Source: Klebsormidium nitens
Lineage: Eukaryota > Plantae > Klebsormidiophyceae
Assembly (NCBI GenBank): GCA_000708835.1
Contig: DF237494.1
Coordinates: forward strand, 1 to 59,215
DNA: 59,215 nt
Direction: 5' to 3'
The notes beneath the pieces were generated by a model that saw only the letters and a list, made by a program, of their open reading frames with translations, did not search any database and was not told the origin of the DNA. Both the position numbers and the translations under genes were made by a program. Below, piece after piece: positions 37,397-49,585 of the stretch (within the stretch, counting starts at the first letter, position 1; the number at the start of each line of letters is the position of its first letter).

Positions 37397-37720
37397 TTAA
37401 TCCTCTGAATCAGCATCTTTTTCGGCTTCTCGTCGGAGTGCTTCCTCTTTGGCCCAAACATTTATCCGTGTTTCTGGTCTAGCGTTCAGCCCGACGACCA
37501 ATATGATTGTTGCAGCACCAAAACCAATGTAATACGGAAGTTCCCAATCCTCCCACTTTCTTGCAACACCAGGAGGCCGGGGCTTCTCCATGAACAGCAC
37601 TCCGTTCGGCTTTGCTGGATCCTGTTTCCCTGGGCCAAACCACCCTCCAGGATATCCTCCAGCTCGTGTTCTGGTGGCGTTCCTTAGCACCTTGAAGGAG
37701 CTCCGCATGATTCCTGCCAT
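37397..37720 (-). CDS. NDUFB11: Mitochondrial complex I subunit NDUFB11 (ESSS), 107 aa, no intron in the CDS
   Basis: MAGIMRSSFKVLRNATRTR presequence-like start, then PNGVLF...PPGVARKWEDWELPYY...ILVVGLNARPET, closely resembling the plant ESSS subunit pattern RKWEDWELP...GVGLNAKP. Confidence 0.9.
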   Translation of the reverse strand: MAGIMRSSFKVLRNATRTRAGGYPGGWFGPGKQDPAKPNGVLFMEKPRPPGVARKWEDWELPYYIGFGAATIILVVGLNARPETRINVWAKEEALRREAEKDADSED

Positions 37721-38145
37721 GACGTTGCTCGACTTCCAATCAAGAAGACCTCGCAATGCTGCCGTCACAATGAATACAAGATGAGCCGAACCAACAATAT
37801 TAGGCCTTTTCCGGGAAAATCAACTAGCCGCCTCGCGCCATGGATGCACCACCAAACCTGATAAAGTTGAGCATTAAATTTAAAGCTGAGGCGCCTTGAA
37901 GTTGAGGCTTGAGGCTTGATCAGCTTCCTGCTTCTCAGTCGCATTTCAGGCCAGGTTAACGACAAACCGTACATGGGTAAAGCAATTTGGTCATTAGCAC
38001 GGTTAAGACTTGAACCAGGAAGCTTTGCCGTACATGCAGTGCATGCAGTCTCGATCTCCCCCTTGAAGGACCGGCGCGCGGTATGCGGTTCCAAACCCTA
38101 CGGATGTAACCCGACTTGTATACCATATTAATTATGTCACAAATT

Positions 38146-38186
38146 TGGGCCGGGCAAGGAAGCAACCTGGGACGTTCAAACCCTAA
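38146..38186. promoter_or_regulatory. Site II (TGGGCC) plus telo-box (AAACCCTAA) in the NDUFB11/ATG14 bidirectional promoter
   Basis: TGGGCC at 38146-38151, AAACCCTAA at 38178-38186, and a further AAACCCTA near 38093. Confidence 0.55.
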
Positions 38187-38380
38187 TTTCGGGAGCTCAA
38201 GAGCTCAAGTTCAATCTGTCAGTAGGAGCTACGTACGTACGTCCATCTTCGCCTTTCTACCATGGGGATCAAGTTGTAGGAAGCTATATTGCCATGGGAG
38301 CCCTGTGGATGCAATGCTGCCAGCTATAGACTGCATAGTAATAGCGACGAGCGCTTGCCTTAGTCTGGATGCAGTTTGCT

Positions 38381-41300
38381 ATGGCTGCCCCTTCATGCTG
38401 TCCCATATGTGAGGTGCACCTTCCATCCTTCTGCCCCTCCTGTGTACAAAACAGGTGAGAAGCATGGGACTGCGTTTCGAAGAGTAGCATACCAAGGCTT
38501 GGTTCCTATCTTAAATACTAATGGAAGGCACACTCTTTTCCGGACACAGCCATCGCCTGATGAATGGATCTTCATGTTTGACTACAGTGCCCTTTGCTCC
38601 AGAGTCTGCATGTTACATAGTGACCATACCTCAAGAGTGTGTATTCCCCTGCTTGCTTTGACAGGATCGCTGAGAAGCGGCGAAAGCTCAAGGCTGCTGC
38701 TGCAAGAAGGGATGCCACCAAGGAAAAGCTGAACAAACGACTGGCCGCTGTGGTGAGTTGGGCCTTGGGATGATGGACTCTGTGCGTGTTCAGGCTCTGA
38801 GATCTCATATGATGGATATATCTTGTGGGCAGCTCTTTGTGGCAGCTTGTGAAATCGGCCCCACCTACTGTAGAGAGACTTAAAAGTTGGATGTCTGGTT
38901 AGCGGTGCCATACATTTCTCAATGTGCATAACAGATGCAACTTTGTGCCCCAGCATTCGCTGCCCCAGCAACGTTTCTGCCTGTAACTTCTTGCTTTCGA
39001 AAATTGTTCTCTGAAGCCGGCCCATCTAGTGGCTGCTCACCTCCAAAACCATCCCTTCAGGGCGCTGCCGACGATCAGCGGAGATGGCGGATAGAGTGGG
39101 CGGAGGCGCGGGCTGAACTCCAGGACCAGATTCGGAAGATCACGGACGAGCTTGCCAAAGGTAGCGGGATTCTCTGGTCTCCTGGTTCCTGATATTGAAG
39201 ACCTGGTTGTGGAGTCTTGTCAATTGCAGTTTATCTGTTACACTTAATAGACTGCAGAAAGTGTTTCTGTATATAGTGTGAACAGCGTGGTGGTACAAGT
39301 GTGCTGGTGTTGGTATACAAGTTTGTGAAGAATGCACAAAAGAGGAACTTTTGGGGCGGTCGAAGATGTCTTCTTTGCAAGAACTTGATTCTTATGTCAA
39401 TTGCACAGCTTGGAAGAGTCCATTGGTAAGATATCTCCTCATAGCTTGGATGCTCACGCGTCAACGCAAGCATTGTCTATTGGCCAGCTTGCTTTTGAAG
39501 CGACTTGAGTCATCTGCTTGACGTAGGATTGGCTGAGCAAGGCAAGTCTCACTGTTAACCTCAACTGCAGGAATGGAGAAACTAGAGAGGCGGAGGCGGA
39601 ATGTAAAGATACGGTCCAGTCAATTGTCAGATGCAAACAGCAAGGTGAGAGCACATGCTCTGATGGACATTGTGGGTTTTCCATGGGAGGCCCGAACACA
39701 GCGAGGATATTAAGATGGTCCCTCATTCAGGCAGTGCCTTCCTAAGCAATCCTGAGCTCTGCGGTACGCAGCCCAACTTTGAGATAGTTCAATCGACTTG
39801 AAAGCCATCAGCCAAAAGCCATGCACATCACATCTTCCAGGCCTGACTCCCATTTCGATTTTCTGATCTAAAAGGTTGTTGAATGGATTGTAAAGTCTTA
39901 GTCCCTGAGGTTCAATCTGGGAGCAACTCAATCATGGAGGAGACCTGTTATCGAGATTCACTTCCATCTTTCAGGATGACGTCTTCTCAAATGAAAGAAA
40001 TCGAAACTGAACGAAAACATAGACAGCGTGTTCAGTGCGCCCTCATCGTTTCCCTATCTGCCTTCCTGCAGTTGTACAGTAAACGCAATGAGATTCTTTT
40101 ACAATATTTTCCTGACGTGTTGCGAAGTGAGTCGCTACGACAGGTAAGCTGCCAGCGGTGTTTCTCTTAGGTCATTTGATCCAGCCGGTCGTTCCAAAAG
40201 CACCAGTGCAAACATGTAATCAACCCGCAGGGAATCGCTGCTGCATGCCTTGGTTTGGCAGTGCAAGGTTCTGCTCTCGTTTTGCCGACCTTTTGAAGGA
40301 AGAGCGTGTTCGTTCGTATAGGAGGAGGTTCTCATCACAAAGTCTCAAAACTGTTCGGATGACGCCAGACGTTTTGGCGCTAAGAGCATGACGGCTTTAT
40401 CCAAGGATTCGGTGATTGATCTGGGATGTGCAAGTAGCCCATCAAAGCCTGATTGCTTTGACGTCCACTGCAGACATTCGTCAATGTGGAGTTGGCGCGG
40501 CTGCGGAGACAGACCATTCAAAAGCTGCGCTCAGTGTTGCCTCTGCGTCTGGTGAGCTCTCTGCAAGAAACTGGCCCTGGGGAACTCCCAGTTTGCCTGC
40601 CAACAAGATGGGCTAGTCTGCAGGCTCGTTGACCGGGCAACGAAGTAGATACTAGAACGTGGCGTCTCCCAACAATCTGTATCCACTCCACGATCTATGT
40701 AAGCGAAACGCCACTTTCGTTAGAAAGTTTATCTCTTTTTAACCTTGATTTTAGAATTCGCTGTTTCATAGGCCTGTCCTGGAGGCTGGTGTTGGTCACT
40801 CCTCTGCATCGCTCCCTGCACGAAGCTGACCCCTCGCGCGTTCTCCCGTGCAGACGTTAATGGACATCGGCTCCTCCATGCGCCAGTACGTCACCATCTG
40901 CGGCATCCGCCTTCCGGACGGCACCGAGCCGACAGTGGACAGCGGGCCCGAGCTGTCAGCAGCGCTTGGGTGAGAAGGAGCACGTTTTCAAAATGATTTT
41001 GCTCGCACAACTTACAGTTTGGTTGGTAGTCGAGGCAACGGGGGCCAATCATACATAAGGAACAGTTGGATGGGCTCGACCGTTAATCATATCTCTCCAA
41101 CTTTCGCTAAGCATTTTTTTCTGGCTGTGGTCCCTCGCTGTTTGGATCGAAGATAAGGCATGCCGTATCAAGAAGGTAGGGAGAATGCGGCGACCTCTTG
41201 GCCTCGAGTATCGACCCTTAACGCGCGACATGATTGGGAATCTTGGTTGGGCGCAGGTACCTTCTCCAGTTCGTCGGCATGGCAGCCACGTACCTGGGCG

Positions 41301-43064
41301 CCCCAATCTTGCACGTCGCCGGGCATGGGGTAAGGCTCGCACCGATCAGCCGGGCTCGTTGCACGTTCCTGGAGTTCAAGCCTTTGATAAGACATGCTTT
41401 GGACTCGTTGTCGCCTATCCCCGTGCATTACATGACGCCACTTTCTTGTCCATTGGGGTAGAGCCGCCTGGGTTCTCTGTGGCATGGTTACTTATTGTTC
41501 TTCAAGCATTAACCCGGTCTTTTGCACGCCTGCAGGTGTCGTCCTCGAGTATCTGGCAGCGGGAGTCGTACTGGAAGACGAAGAGCTCGACGTGAGTCTC
41601 GACTCGAACAGTTGTCGCTACAAATCTACTCTGCAGTGACAAAGTTGAACTTCTCGGCTGACCTGGAGCCCGTGCAACTGCATCTTGCTTACAGCAATGC
41701 GTCGAAAGCGCCGAGTCGCATGATCTGCACAACTCTGAGGCCGTAAATAGCGACGGCGTCGCCAGAGAAAGCACAGCTGTTTGACTGAAGGCTTGGTTAG
41801 GATGTGTGCTACGTTCGCAAGGACATTCATATTCTCGATCGCTGATCTTCTTCGTAGCATCTCGAAAGGAGGCACCTGGATCAGATGCCACAACCGACGT
41901 CCTCCTCCTCGTATTGCTAAGTCTCCTTGTGCAGAACGAGCGCTACACCCAGTAGGACTCCGCTTCGCCCTGACGCTTTTCCTGTGCCTTTTCTGTTCGC
42001 CAGCGGGAGCTTCCCCCTGTACCTGCCGCGCACCGGCAGCTCCAGCGCCAGCCGCAGCGGCTCCCTGTACAGCAGCCTCACCGGCCCCTCCGACAAGAAG
42101 CCCGCGCCCCCTCCAGAACCCGCGCCCGCGGGCGAGGCCGCCCTGAGCAAGTCGGCAACGGAGACGCGGGCGGTGAGCCAGCTGAAGCAGGGCGTCGCGC
42201 TGCTGAAGCGCAGCGTGGCGTGCCTGTGCGCGCAGCAGTGGGCGGCCACCAGCCTGCCCCGCGACGCGGCCACGCGCATGTCGCCCTTCTTCGGGCTGGC
42301 CGTCCTCATGTCCGTGCTCGCGCAGGAGAGGGACGCCGGCTGGCTGCCGCGCCCAGAGACGCCCGACCGGTAAGTGGCCTCCGAGCTTTGACATCATCCC
42401 CTTGATGTTGCTATGGTAGTAATGATGAGACTAAATCTATACTTGTTTGAAACATTCTCCCACGTCTAGCAGCCGAGTTTTTGCAAGGGGTAGTCTCATG
42501 GTGGGGCTGTGATCTGACTGTTAAGCGCTTTTGTTTTGCTAGGGTCGATTATTCAGCACTCTCTTGATCCAGACTTTTCGTATTCTGTGGCAACTCTTCC
42601 GGTTGGGCTAAAATCCCCACATCCGTATAAGGTAGAGGGACATGCATCGGGAGAAAGTAAACGGTCGGAGCGCCATGTTTAAGCATCGAATCCCCACGCC
42701 TCTTTTGAACAGGGCTGCCGCCGAGTCACCTGCACCAATAGACGGGACTGCCTCGTGGGCACAAGCCTCGTTTACTCGACAAGCCGGATTTGCGATGGCC
42801 GAGTCTGTAACGGCAGCCAAGGCCGCAGCGATGGCGGCTCCTCGTCGACAGTCAGCGGACGGAGACATCCGCCATGTCAAGTCCACAGAAGGGCGGTCAA
42901 GTCGCAGGTCACGTCGAGCATCAGAAGCAGGCGTAATAAAAGATGCCGACTTGGAGGGCTGGGATATCGTGGACCGACCCGGAGATATACTGCCGCCGCC
43001 ACCTTCTGAGCCGGATAACATTGCCCATTGGACACGGGCAATGTTCCTGGATGCTCGAAAGTGA
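38381..43064 (+). CDS. ATG14: Autophagy-related protein 14 (PI3K complex I subunit), ~482 aa, 11 exons
   Basis: Exons 38381-38454, 38665-38752, 39061-39160, 39571-39644, 40072-40143, 40474-40551, 40854-40969, 41257-41329, 41536-41591, 42004-42369, 42713-43064. N-terminal CPIC...CPSC, GAADDQRRW, ICGIRLP...LSAALGY, SSIWQRESYW, QGVALLKRSVAC and C-terminal GWDIV...PPPPS...HWTRAMFLDA match plant ATG14. Confidence 0.93.
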
Positions 43065-44262
43065 CTAACTTCACGATTGTAAGGGCCTATCAAGGCTTAC
43101 CATCAAGGGCATGACAAAGTTGGCTTTGGATTCAGCGGATGTCTCCTTATGTGAACACTGAATCAGTCGATGGCTGCAAACATGCCATCCTTTGATCTTA
43201 ACATGCACCATGTGCATCATTGGCACATGTGGACCGTAGAATGGATATATAGGATACCGGTCATGTGCATATATATGTCGTGCCGCTGGATTCATTAATG
43301 CGATGCCCTTGATGCATGGTCATTGTCGTCATCATCATCATGTTCACTCCGACGAATCAGTTGCAATGCAGAACATGCGCAGATCAGTACGAGCAGATGT
43401 GCGCGCGCGCCATGGCCCCGAATTCAGGGCAACTTTTTATATACGTGTCACCATATGCAAAGTTTGATTGGACAGATCCTTGGCGGCAATTTAATTAACC
43501 AGCTAGACATATGTGCGTTGGCCCACCGGCCGCGGCCGGAGCCACCGAGTTCGCGCGGGCCATACATGCTGTTCTTAACTGCACATGAATGATCAATTTC
43601 TGCGGTCTACATTCGGCTTCCAAGATCTGCGCCCGCTAAATTGTCGTGATTCTAGTTCCGACGAGCTGCTGATCGGTAGTCCCGAAACCTCATGCTAGCT
43701 GGCACGACTTGCCAAACGAACATTGATGCGCTAGGTTTGGACTAATGTAGCAAACATGTATAATCTCGGTAGGATAGAGAGGCGTTCGAAACTCTAAACA
43801 GTGATCCATACGTATGCCATGGAAGCCTATGGTCCATGTGACTACGGCGTTTTCAAATAAGAACATCAAGAGCTGCACAAGCCCACGTATGGCGACAAAG
43901 GTGTGCAGCATACTGCTGCCGGCAGATGCGGGCTGAGCTCTGGTACTGTATGGCAGATTTTGACGACAGCAACATCATTGCAGCAATACTGCATATGGGC
44001 AGCCGTCGTCGATCCTGGCTGATGCATACTTCCAAGTGTTCACTGATGCTTGTTTAACAATGGACCCCTTGACACAGACGGTGAGAGAGGATTGTGCAAG
44101 CGTCACTTCTCCTCTAAAATGAAAGCAGATCTAAACCAATCATATGTGCGCTTCTTGAGCAAGATGTTGCGCCAAGAGACCAGATCAGGAAACCGAAGCA
44201 CCTGTTATTGAGTCCGCAGACTGATGCTATCGGGCTGCAGTTTCTGTGAGCATTGCGGCTTT

Positions 44263-47200
44263 CTAGCTACCAGTCGACTTCCATGTAAAGTCGTCCACTG
44301 TTGAGTACAGGTGCCCTTCATTGACGAGGAAGTCGACCGTTTGCCTGCAGGAGGAAGGAAAGCGTCGGACTTAGAGTCACGCATAACCTCACGGAGCCTT
44401 TTGATATGGTTTAGCACTGTCCACCGGTGAAGAAGCAGGGAAAAGCTACGGCAATAGGATCCTGAAATAGAGAATGCTAAGCATCGTAGCAAAGCAGCGT
44501 AGCTTCAACATACTTACTTAATCTGCTCCTGCGGATACTGGTTGTTCAGCCTTTGCACCACCTGCTTCAAGCTCACGCCCGTCTCCGAACTCCTGCAGCA
44601 AGAGGGCCAGGTATTGTAAATCAAGGTCCCAACTACACCACTTTACGCACGACAGCATGAACCTGTCAAGGACAGTTCTGACTTTCGCTAGTGAACCACT
44701 TCAAGGAAGAAGTTGATTGTATTCGCATGTCCACCACCTTGCATGCTGTCGTCGCTGAACGGTTTCCTTGCTTCTCTTCCCGAGTTGACACACCCGAAAC
44801 CCCTCGAAAGCAAGCCAACACCCCAGAAGAAGCAGAAACTTTCAGGATCATACTTCAGATTAAACGTTCTCAAGAGGTCAGCGGCTGTCTTTGGTTTTTC
44901 AGGATAGATCTGCTCTGTACTTTTCTTTCCATCCTCGACGTTGCTAACAGCTCCTCATTCTCAAGCAAGAGAAACGTAGCATAAGATTGGCAAGAGAAGG
45001 GAGTGCTCACAGGGCCGCGGGCTCATGGAAAATCTGCAGAATGACTTCCTGCAGGGGCGAGCCTCCGCCAGCTGTAGAGGTTGCCTGGGGAGGTGCATAC
45101 TGCATACATGTCCAGGCAAACTAGATATTAATTGCCAAAAAATGTTATGGGTACGCAAGAAGCAGACACGCACAGACGCTCACAATGAATGCTGCAATCA
45201 AGTCGAATCAATCACACGTACGATGCCGCAATGCCCGCAACACATCTTTCGTGCTAGCGGCACACGACCTGTCAAGCATCCTACGGTTGCGCATCTTGCC
45301 CGAGCGCGCCGTCATGCATTTCTTACCTGACTGGGCACGGAGGCTTGAGGTGCACCAAATGAGGGCTGTGCAGGGATTTGGTGAGCGATACTTCCCGCAC
45401 CCTGGTAAGATAACATAGAATAGAAATGTCAAAAGAAGGCCACCTAAGCTGAATCATAAGTCGCTCTTGATCTGCTGCTGATGGAAACACAAATTTTAAA
45501 CCAATGTTCATGTTTTCTCAAAAGAAAAGGCGTGTTGCAGGAGCCCAGAAGAAGGCTGACACATTGGTGATGCAACCAACAAACAATGACCTCGTGAACA
45601 GATTAGCACCTCGTGGACGAGGAAATCTGTAAGCCTTCATCGGCTCAGATATTTTTTGTCCAGTTTGCTTACCTGCCCCTTTGTGTTGTGAAGATGGACC
45701 AGGATAGTCTCCAAACCATGGAATGTCACCTCATTCATATCCTTGACCGGCCTGCAGATGGCACCACATATCAGTTCCAGACATGGACTTTGCTGTAGGA
45801 GGGCTAACTTGCAGGGTGGTCCAGGGCGATGTACCGGAATGAAGACAGAAAGATGACGCTTGTTTATCGAGCAAACGGGGATTCAGTTGCTATAATATGG
45901 ACCCTGGATTGTCTTAAAGGTCAACAACAAGCACTGCTTCACACTCCAGCAACGCAACTTGCAAGGAAACCGAGACTGAAATCATATTTACCTCATAGAG
46001 AAGGCGACCACTTGTAGCTTGCCATTGAAGGCTCGAAGACTGCCATATAATCTGACATACTGTCCCACACTGCATAAACAAGTACAAGTTTGTGAGGAAT
46101 TCATGAAGATTTGACTCTCTCTGACCTAACGGTGACCAGTATTGCCATTGAGTCTGCAAACCCAAAGTTTGAGCTTGCACTACAGCCTTTTGAATGGATC
46201 ACTCAGCGAGCTGCTCACCTAACTTCTTCTTTTGGTGGGGGGTCGTCAGCATTGGTCCTGGAAAAGGGCTAATTTGTCAGTATCAAAGCAAGCACCACCT
46301 CAATGTCACAATTTCGACGACAATGTGATTCTTTAAGAACACAAAGAAGTGAAGGCCACAGCTTGTTCAACTACCTGAATTCTCATCAATGAGCGCCTTG
46401 AGTTGGCAAGTATTAACCTACCATTCAATGACCTCAAGCTTTCCGGTGCTGTCTTCGACCACGTTCAGGATATTCAGTTGGGTCGTCTTTCTTTCAAGGA
46501 GTTTGCCAACAAGCGTGACCTGCAAAATCATGGGGTCCCCTCAGAAAAACATCGTTTTCACCAACTTGACAGTCCACAACTTGCAAAATCTGGCGGAAAG
46601 CCTTTCAGTACTGATGCTTTTATGACACCAGTGAAGTCTCAAATCCCACGCTGACAAATAGCAGCCTTTGATGGTTCATTGAACCACACAGAAAGGACCG
46701 TTAAGGAACATATATGCCAAGCTTGACAGCAGACATCAATAAGAAACTCTCAAGCTCTATGCTGCCAACGTCTTATCTGCTCACATGGTAGAGACCCTGG
46801 CCATCGAGTTGAAATGGTTCTTCGCCATTCGTTGCCTTTGCAGCGTTCTCAAGTTGCTTCACAGTGACCGGTACAATATTCTGATTTTGCGTGCCTCCCC
46901 GCTGCAGATTATCGTAGGTCAAGTGTCAAACATGTTCAAAAAGTACCAACTTGATTCGAAGATCAGCTTGTCAACAATTGCAATTCAAAGATCAGTGACA
47001 GTCGGCAAAAGATATCTGCAGAAATATGCGACACGTAAATACTTGCACCAAATTTTGTCGACTGCACTTCCATTGTGCAAATTACTCTCCCAAGAAGGCG
47101 AAGGTGTGCACTCAGTCTGCGGTGCTTCAAGATTAGTCCGCCTGCTTCTTTTGATTAGACCAAGCAAATCTGCTCACTCTTTGATTTGCCGGCGAATATC

Positions 47201-47312
47201 CTGAGTTTGCCCCCTCTCCACCTCCGGGTCTCACCGGACTAGGCATAAAACCGCCCCCTGCAAACTGACTCGCACCTCCATCGCCGAACCCGTCGCCACC
47301 ACCCCCGTACAT
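44263..47312 (-). CDS. RPA2: Replication protein A 32-kDa subunit, ~288 aa, 10 exons
   Basis: Exons 47312-47178, 46901-46785, 46519-46422, 46257-46219, 46069-45992, 45751-45673, 45401-45327, 45099-45011, 44592-44518, 44344-44263. Gly-rich GGGFMPS N-terminus, [11 protein letters not shown] fold (VTLVG...VEDSTG; YVRLYGSL...VAFSMRPV..MNEVTFH), winged-helix end ([14 protein letters not shown]). Confidence 0.94.
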
Positions 47313-47548
47313 TGTTATTCGACCAAATTCGAAGGTGCGTCACCTAGTTGCAAAGCGCCGCCTCTGCTCTTGCCAATGGTGCAGACTAAGATCGTTTTTG
47401 TAGGACAAGGAAGCTACAATCCTTCTGTGCTTCACGCCAAAGCTTAGAAAAGCTGAAGGCTTCTCAATTGCGCATGCACCTTCTTGAACCGATTTGTCAA
47501 ACCATTTAGTCTTAGATGGCATTGGCAGTGTTTTGGGAGTACGTATTT

Positions 47549-47559
47549 TTGGCGGGAAA
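47549..47559 (-). promoter_or_regulatory. Canonical E2F site (TTTCCCGCCAA) about 240 bp upstream of the RPA2 ATG
   Basis: The plus strand reads ttggcgggaaa, an exact E2F consensus in front of an S-phase replication gene. Confidence 0.75.
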
Positions 47560-47651
47560 GACCGTACCTGTATTCAATATTGGAGAGCTACCTTGGAGAG
47601 CTAGTAGTACCAGTATGATAGATCTGAGCGTGCCCGCAACCGTGACGTTCA

Positions 47652-48094
47652 TGCCCGGTTCACATGCGTATTCGAAATCCGTGGTTTTGAGCAAAACCGG
47701 CGATTTGAAAACTCGCCCTCTGCGACAGGCCGGAGCTACGGTTTTGCGTTCGAAAAGCTGACATCGAAAACTCTCGCCGTCCTCACGGAGGTCGTGGTTT
47801 TGGTCCCCCGAGCATAGTGAGTACTTTTACGGCTAAAAAGTGCCCGGAAGGTCAAAACCACGAGTCCAAAACCACCGAAAACCACCTAAACCAGATTTTG
47901 AAGCTGCGTATTCGTGGTTTTGAATTTGCGTGGTTTTCGACGGTCTTCGGTCGACTTGCTGGTTTTGAGCATGGTCGGAGCCAGTTTTTTTGTGAATCCT
48001 TCAAAGCTGTTCACATGCGTCCCGGAAAGTTAGGGCTGCCACGTGGGACAAAACCGGCAAAACCAAGGCAAATTGGACGCATGTGAACCGGGCA
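47652..48094. mobile_element. Non-autonomous MITE, PIF/Harbinger (Tourist)-like, 443 bp
   Basis: Perfect 18-bp TIRs TGCCCGGTTCACATGCGT (47652-47669) / ACGCATGTGAACCGGGCA (48077-48094), flanked by a 3-bp direct repeat TCA (47649-47651 and 48095-48097). No ORF. Seven exact internal GTGGTTTT/AAAACCAC motifs. Confidence 0.85.
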
Positions 48095-48175
48095 TCAGGA
48101 AGAACCCCGGCCGGGCTCCAAAGTCCTTCGGAACCGTCCACTAAGGGCAGGCAGTACCCTATCGGGACCTTTCAG

Positions 48176-48351
48176 CCGTTCGATGGAACGGCCTTCAGGC
48201 CTCCGGCCTCCCCTCTTTTGACAGGCCGAGTTTCTGCGGGTCGCAGTCACTGAGCGAACAACTTTGAAACCCACCTGGTTAACCAGCCGTTAACTCTGAT
48301 TGTGCTCAAGCCGTTCGATTCCAGATTCTCGGAGCGAACTTCGTTGAACGG
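48176..48351. promoter_or_regulatory. Cluster of five MSA-like elements (AACGGCY; MYB3R-type)
   Basis: AACGG/CCGTT cores at 48176, 48187, 48287, 48311 and 48347, each extending to AACGGC(T/C). A TTTGAAA (CHR-like) motif lies near 48263. Confidence 0.6.
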
Positions 48352-49585
48352 CTCGAAGTTACTCCAAAGGGGTCGACAAGAAAAGTCACATCATCACATG
48401 GTTATGGAAGGTTTAGGGAAGGTTTGAAGGTCGACAACCGCAGTTCAGCAGTTTGCGCTTAGCACCTACGGTAGGAGTTCGAACATACACGACCAACCGG
48501 CTGGCACGAGCATTGTGCTAGTATTTCTCACATGGGCATACTGTGGTGTCGTCATTTTTATCGTTCGGCTTTATAAGTTTACCAGCATGCCAGATGGTAA
48601 AACCCATAGAATGATAGAACATAACCTCAATGGAATGTAACATGCAGTGCGTGCATGACGTCTCTCAGAGGCATCGATTGATCATTGTTCTCTTTTCAAA
48701 ACGCCGTACTAGCCACAATACTGTGGGCCATGTAGGCTTCCATGGCACGTACATGGGGATCAATGGTTGAGTTCCAAACCCGTTCCAAACGCCTAACTGA
48801 TTGCTTGCATTACTAGATATCTATGTTGGTTGTTGCTGGTTGTTGCGAATTCAATTCGGTTCCTCAGAATCATTGGCGAGCAAAGAAAAAAAAGAACGGA
48901 TGTAGGTATCATGCACATTTGTGGTTTCAGACCCGATGAGAAAACCAACAATTACTCATCTAGAAAGGAGATCATTGCAGGAGGTAAACCAGTTATTAAG
49001 GACCAAGGAAGTCTTTCCTCGGGCAAATCTTTCTGTTGGTAGCCGCCAATGGGCCGCCAATTAGACGAACGGGCATAGCTTTATGTTGATAAGATTAAGC
49101 GGCCAACCATCAACCAATCCAAGCAACATTTGCTATGGCTGCAAAATTGTCTTCTTTACTTTTGTGGAATTTTCTCCGATACACTTATAATTGCCACTTG
49201 AACTTTCCAGCTCGAATGCACGTTGCGCATGTCTTACAAACACAAATGGATGAGGATTAGGCTTTATAATTTAATCTATGGATATAATAGAGTCAAAATG
49301 CAAGTTTGACAAAGAGTACCACTCTGTACTCGGAGTCACAACTTCCAGCACCAGGTGACTATCAGAATTTTGAGTTTATCCTCTCCTTGAACGAGCGCAA
49401 AAGAGCAGCAATTGTGAGAGGGTAAACCTAACCCAGGTGTTAGAATAATCTATACAAACTCAAAGTGTCTTACTAACTTCCAATGGACTTTACCAAGTTG
49501 CAGAAGAAGATAGCCAGGTTTGGTAACAAAATACCCTAGAGGATAATACTCATTAAAGCGTTACGGACCTGCTTTGACATAGAGA

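Noticed and set aside
38381-43064. Alternative call as VPS38/UVRAG
   Set aside because: The N-terminal double CxxC zinc motif and GAADDQRRW segment fit ATG14 rather than VPS38.
43503-43539. Helitron 3' end (hairpin + CTAG)
   Set aside because: Spacing is ~19 nt, the base after CTAG is not T, and no 5' TC end was found.
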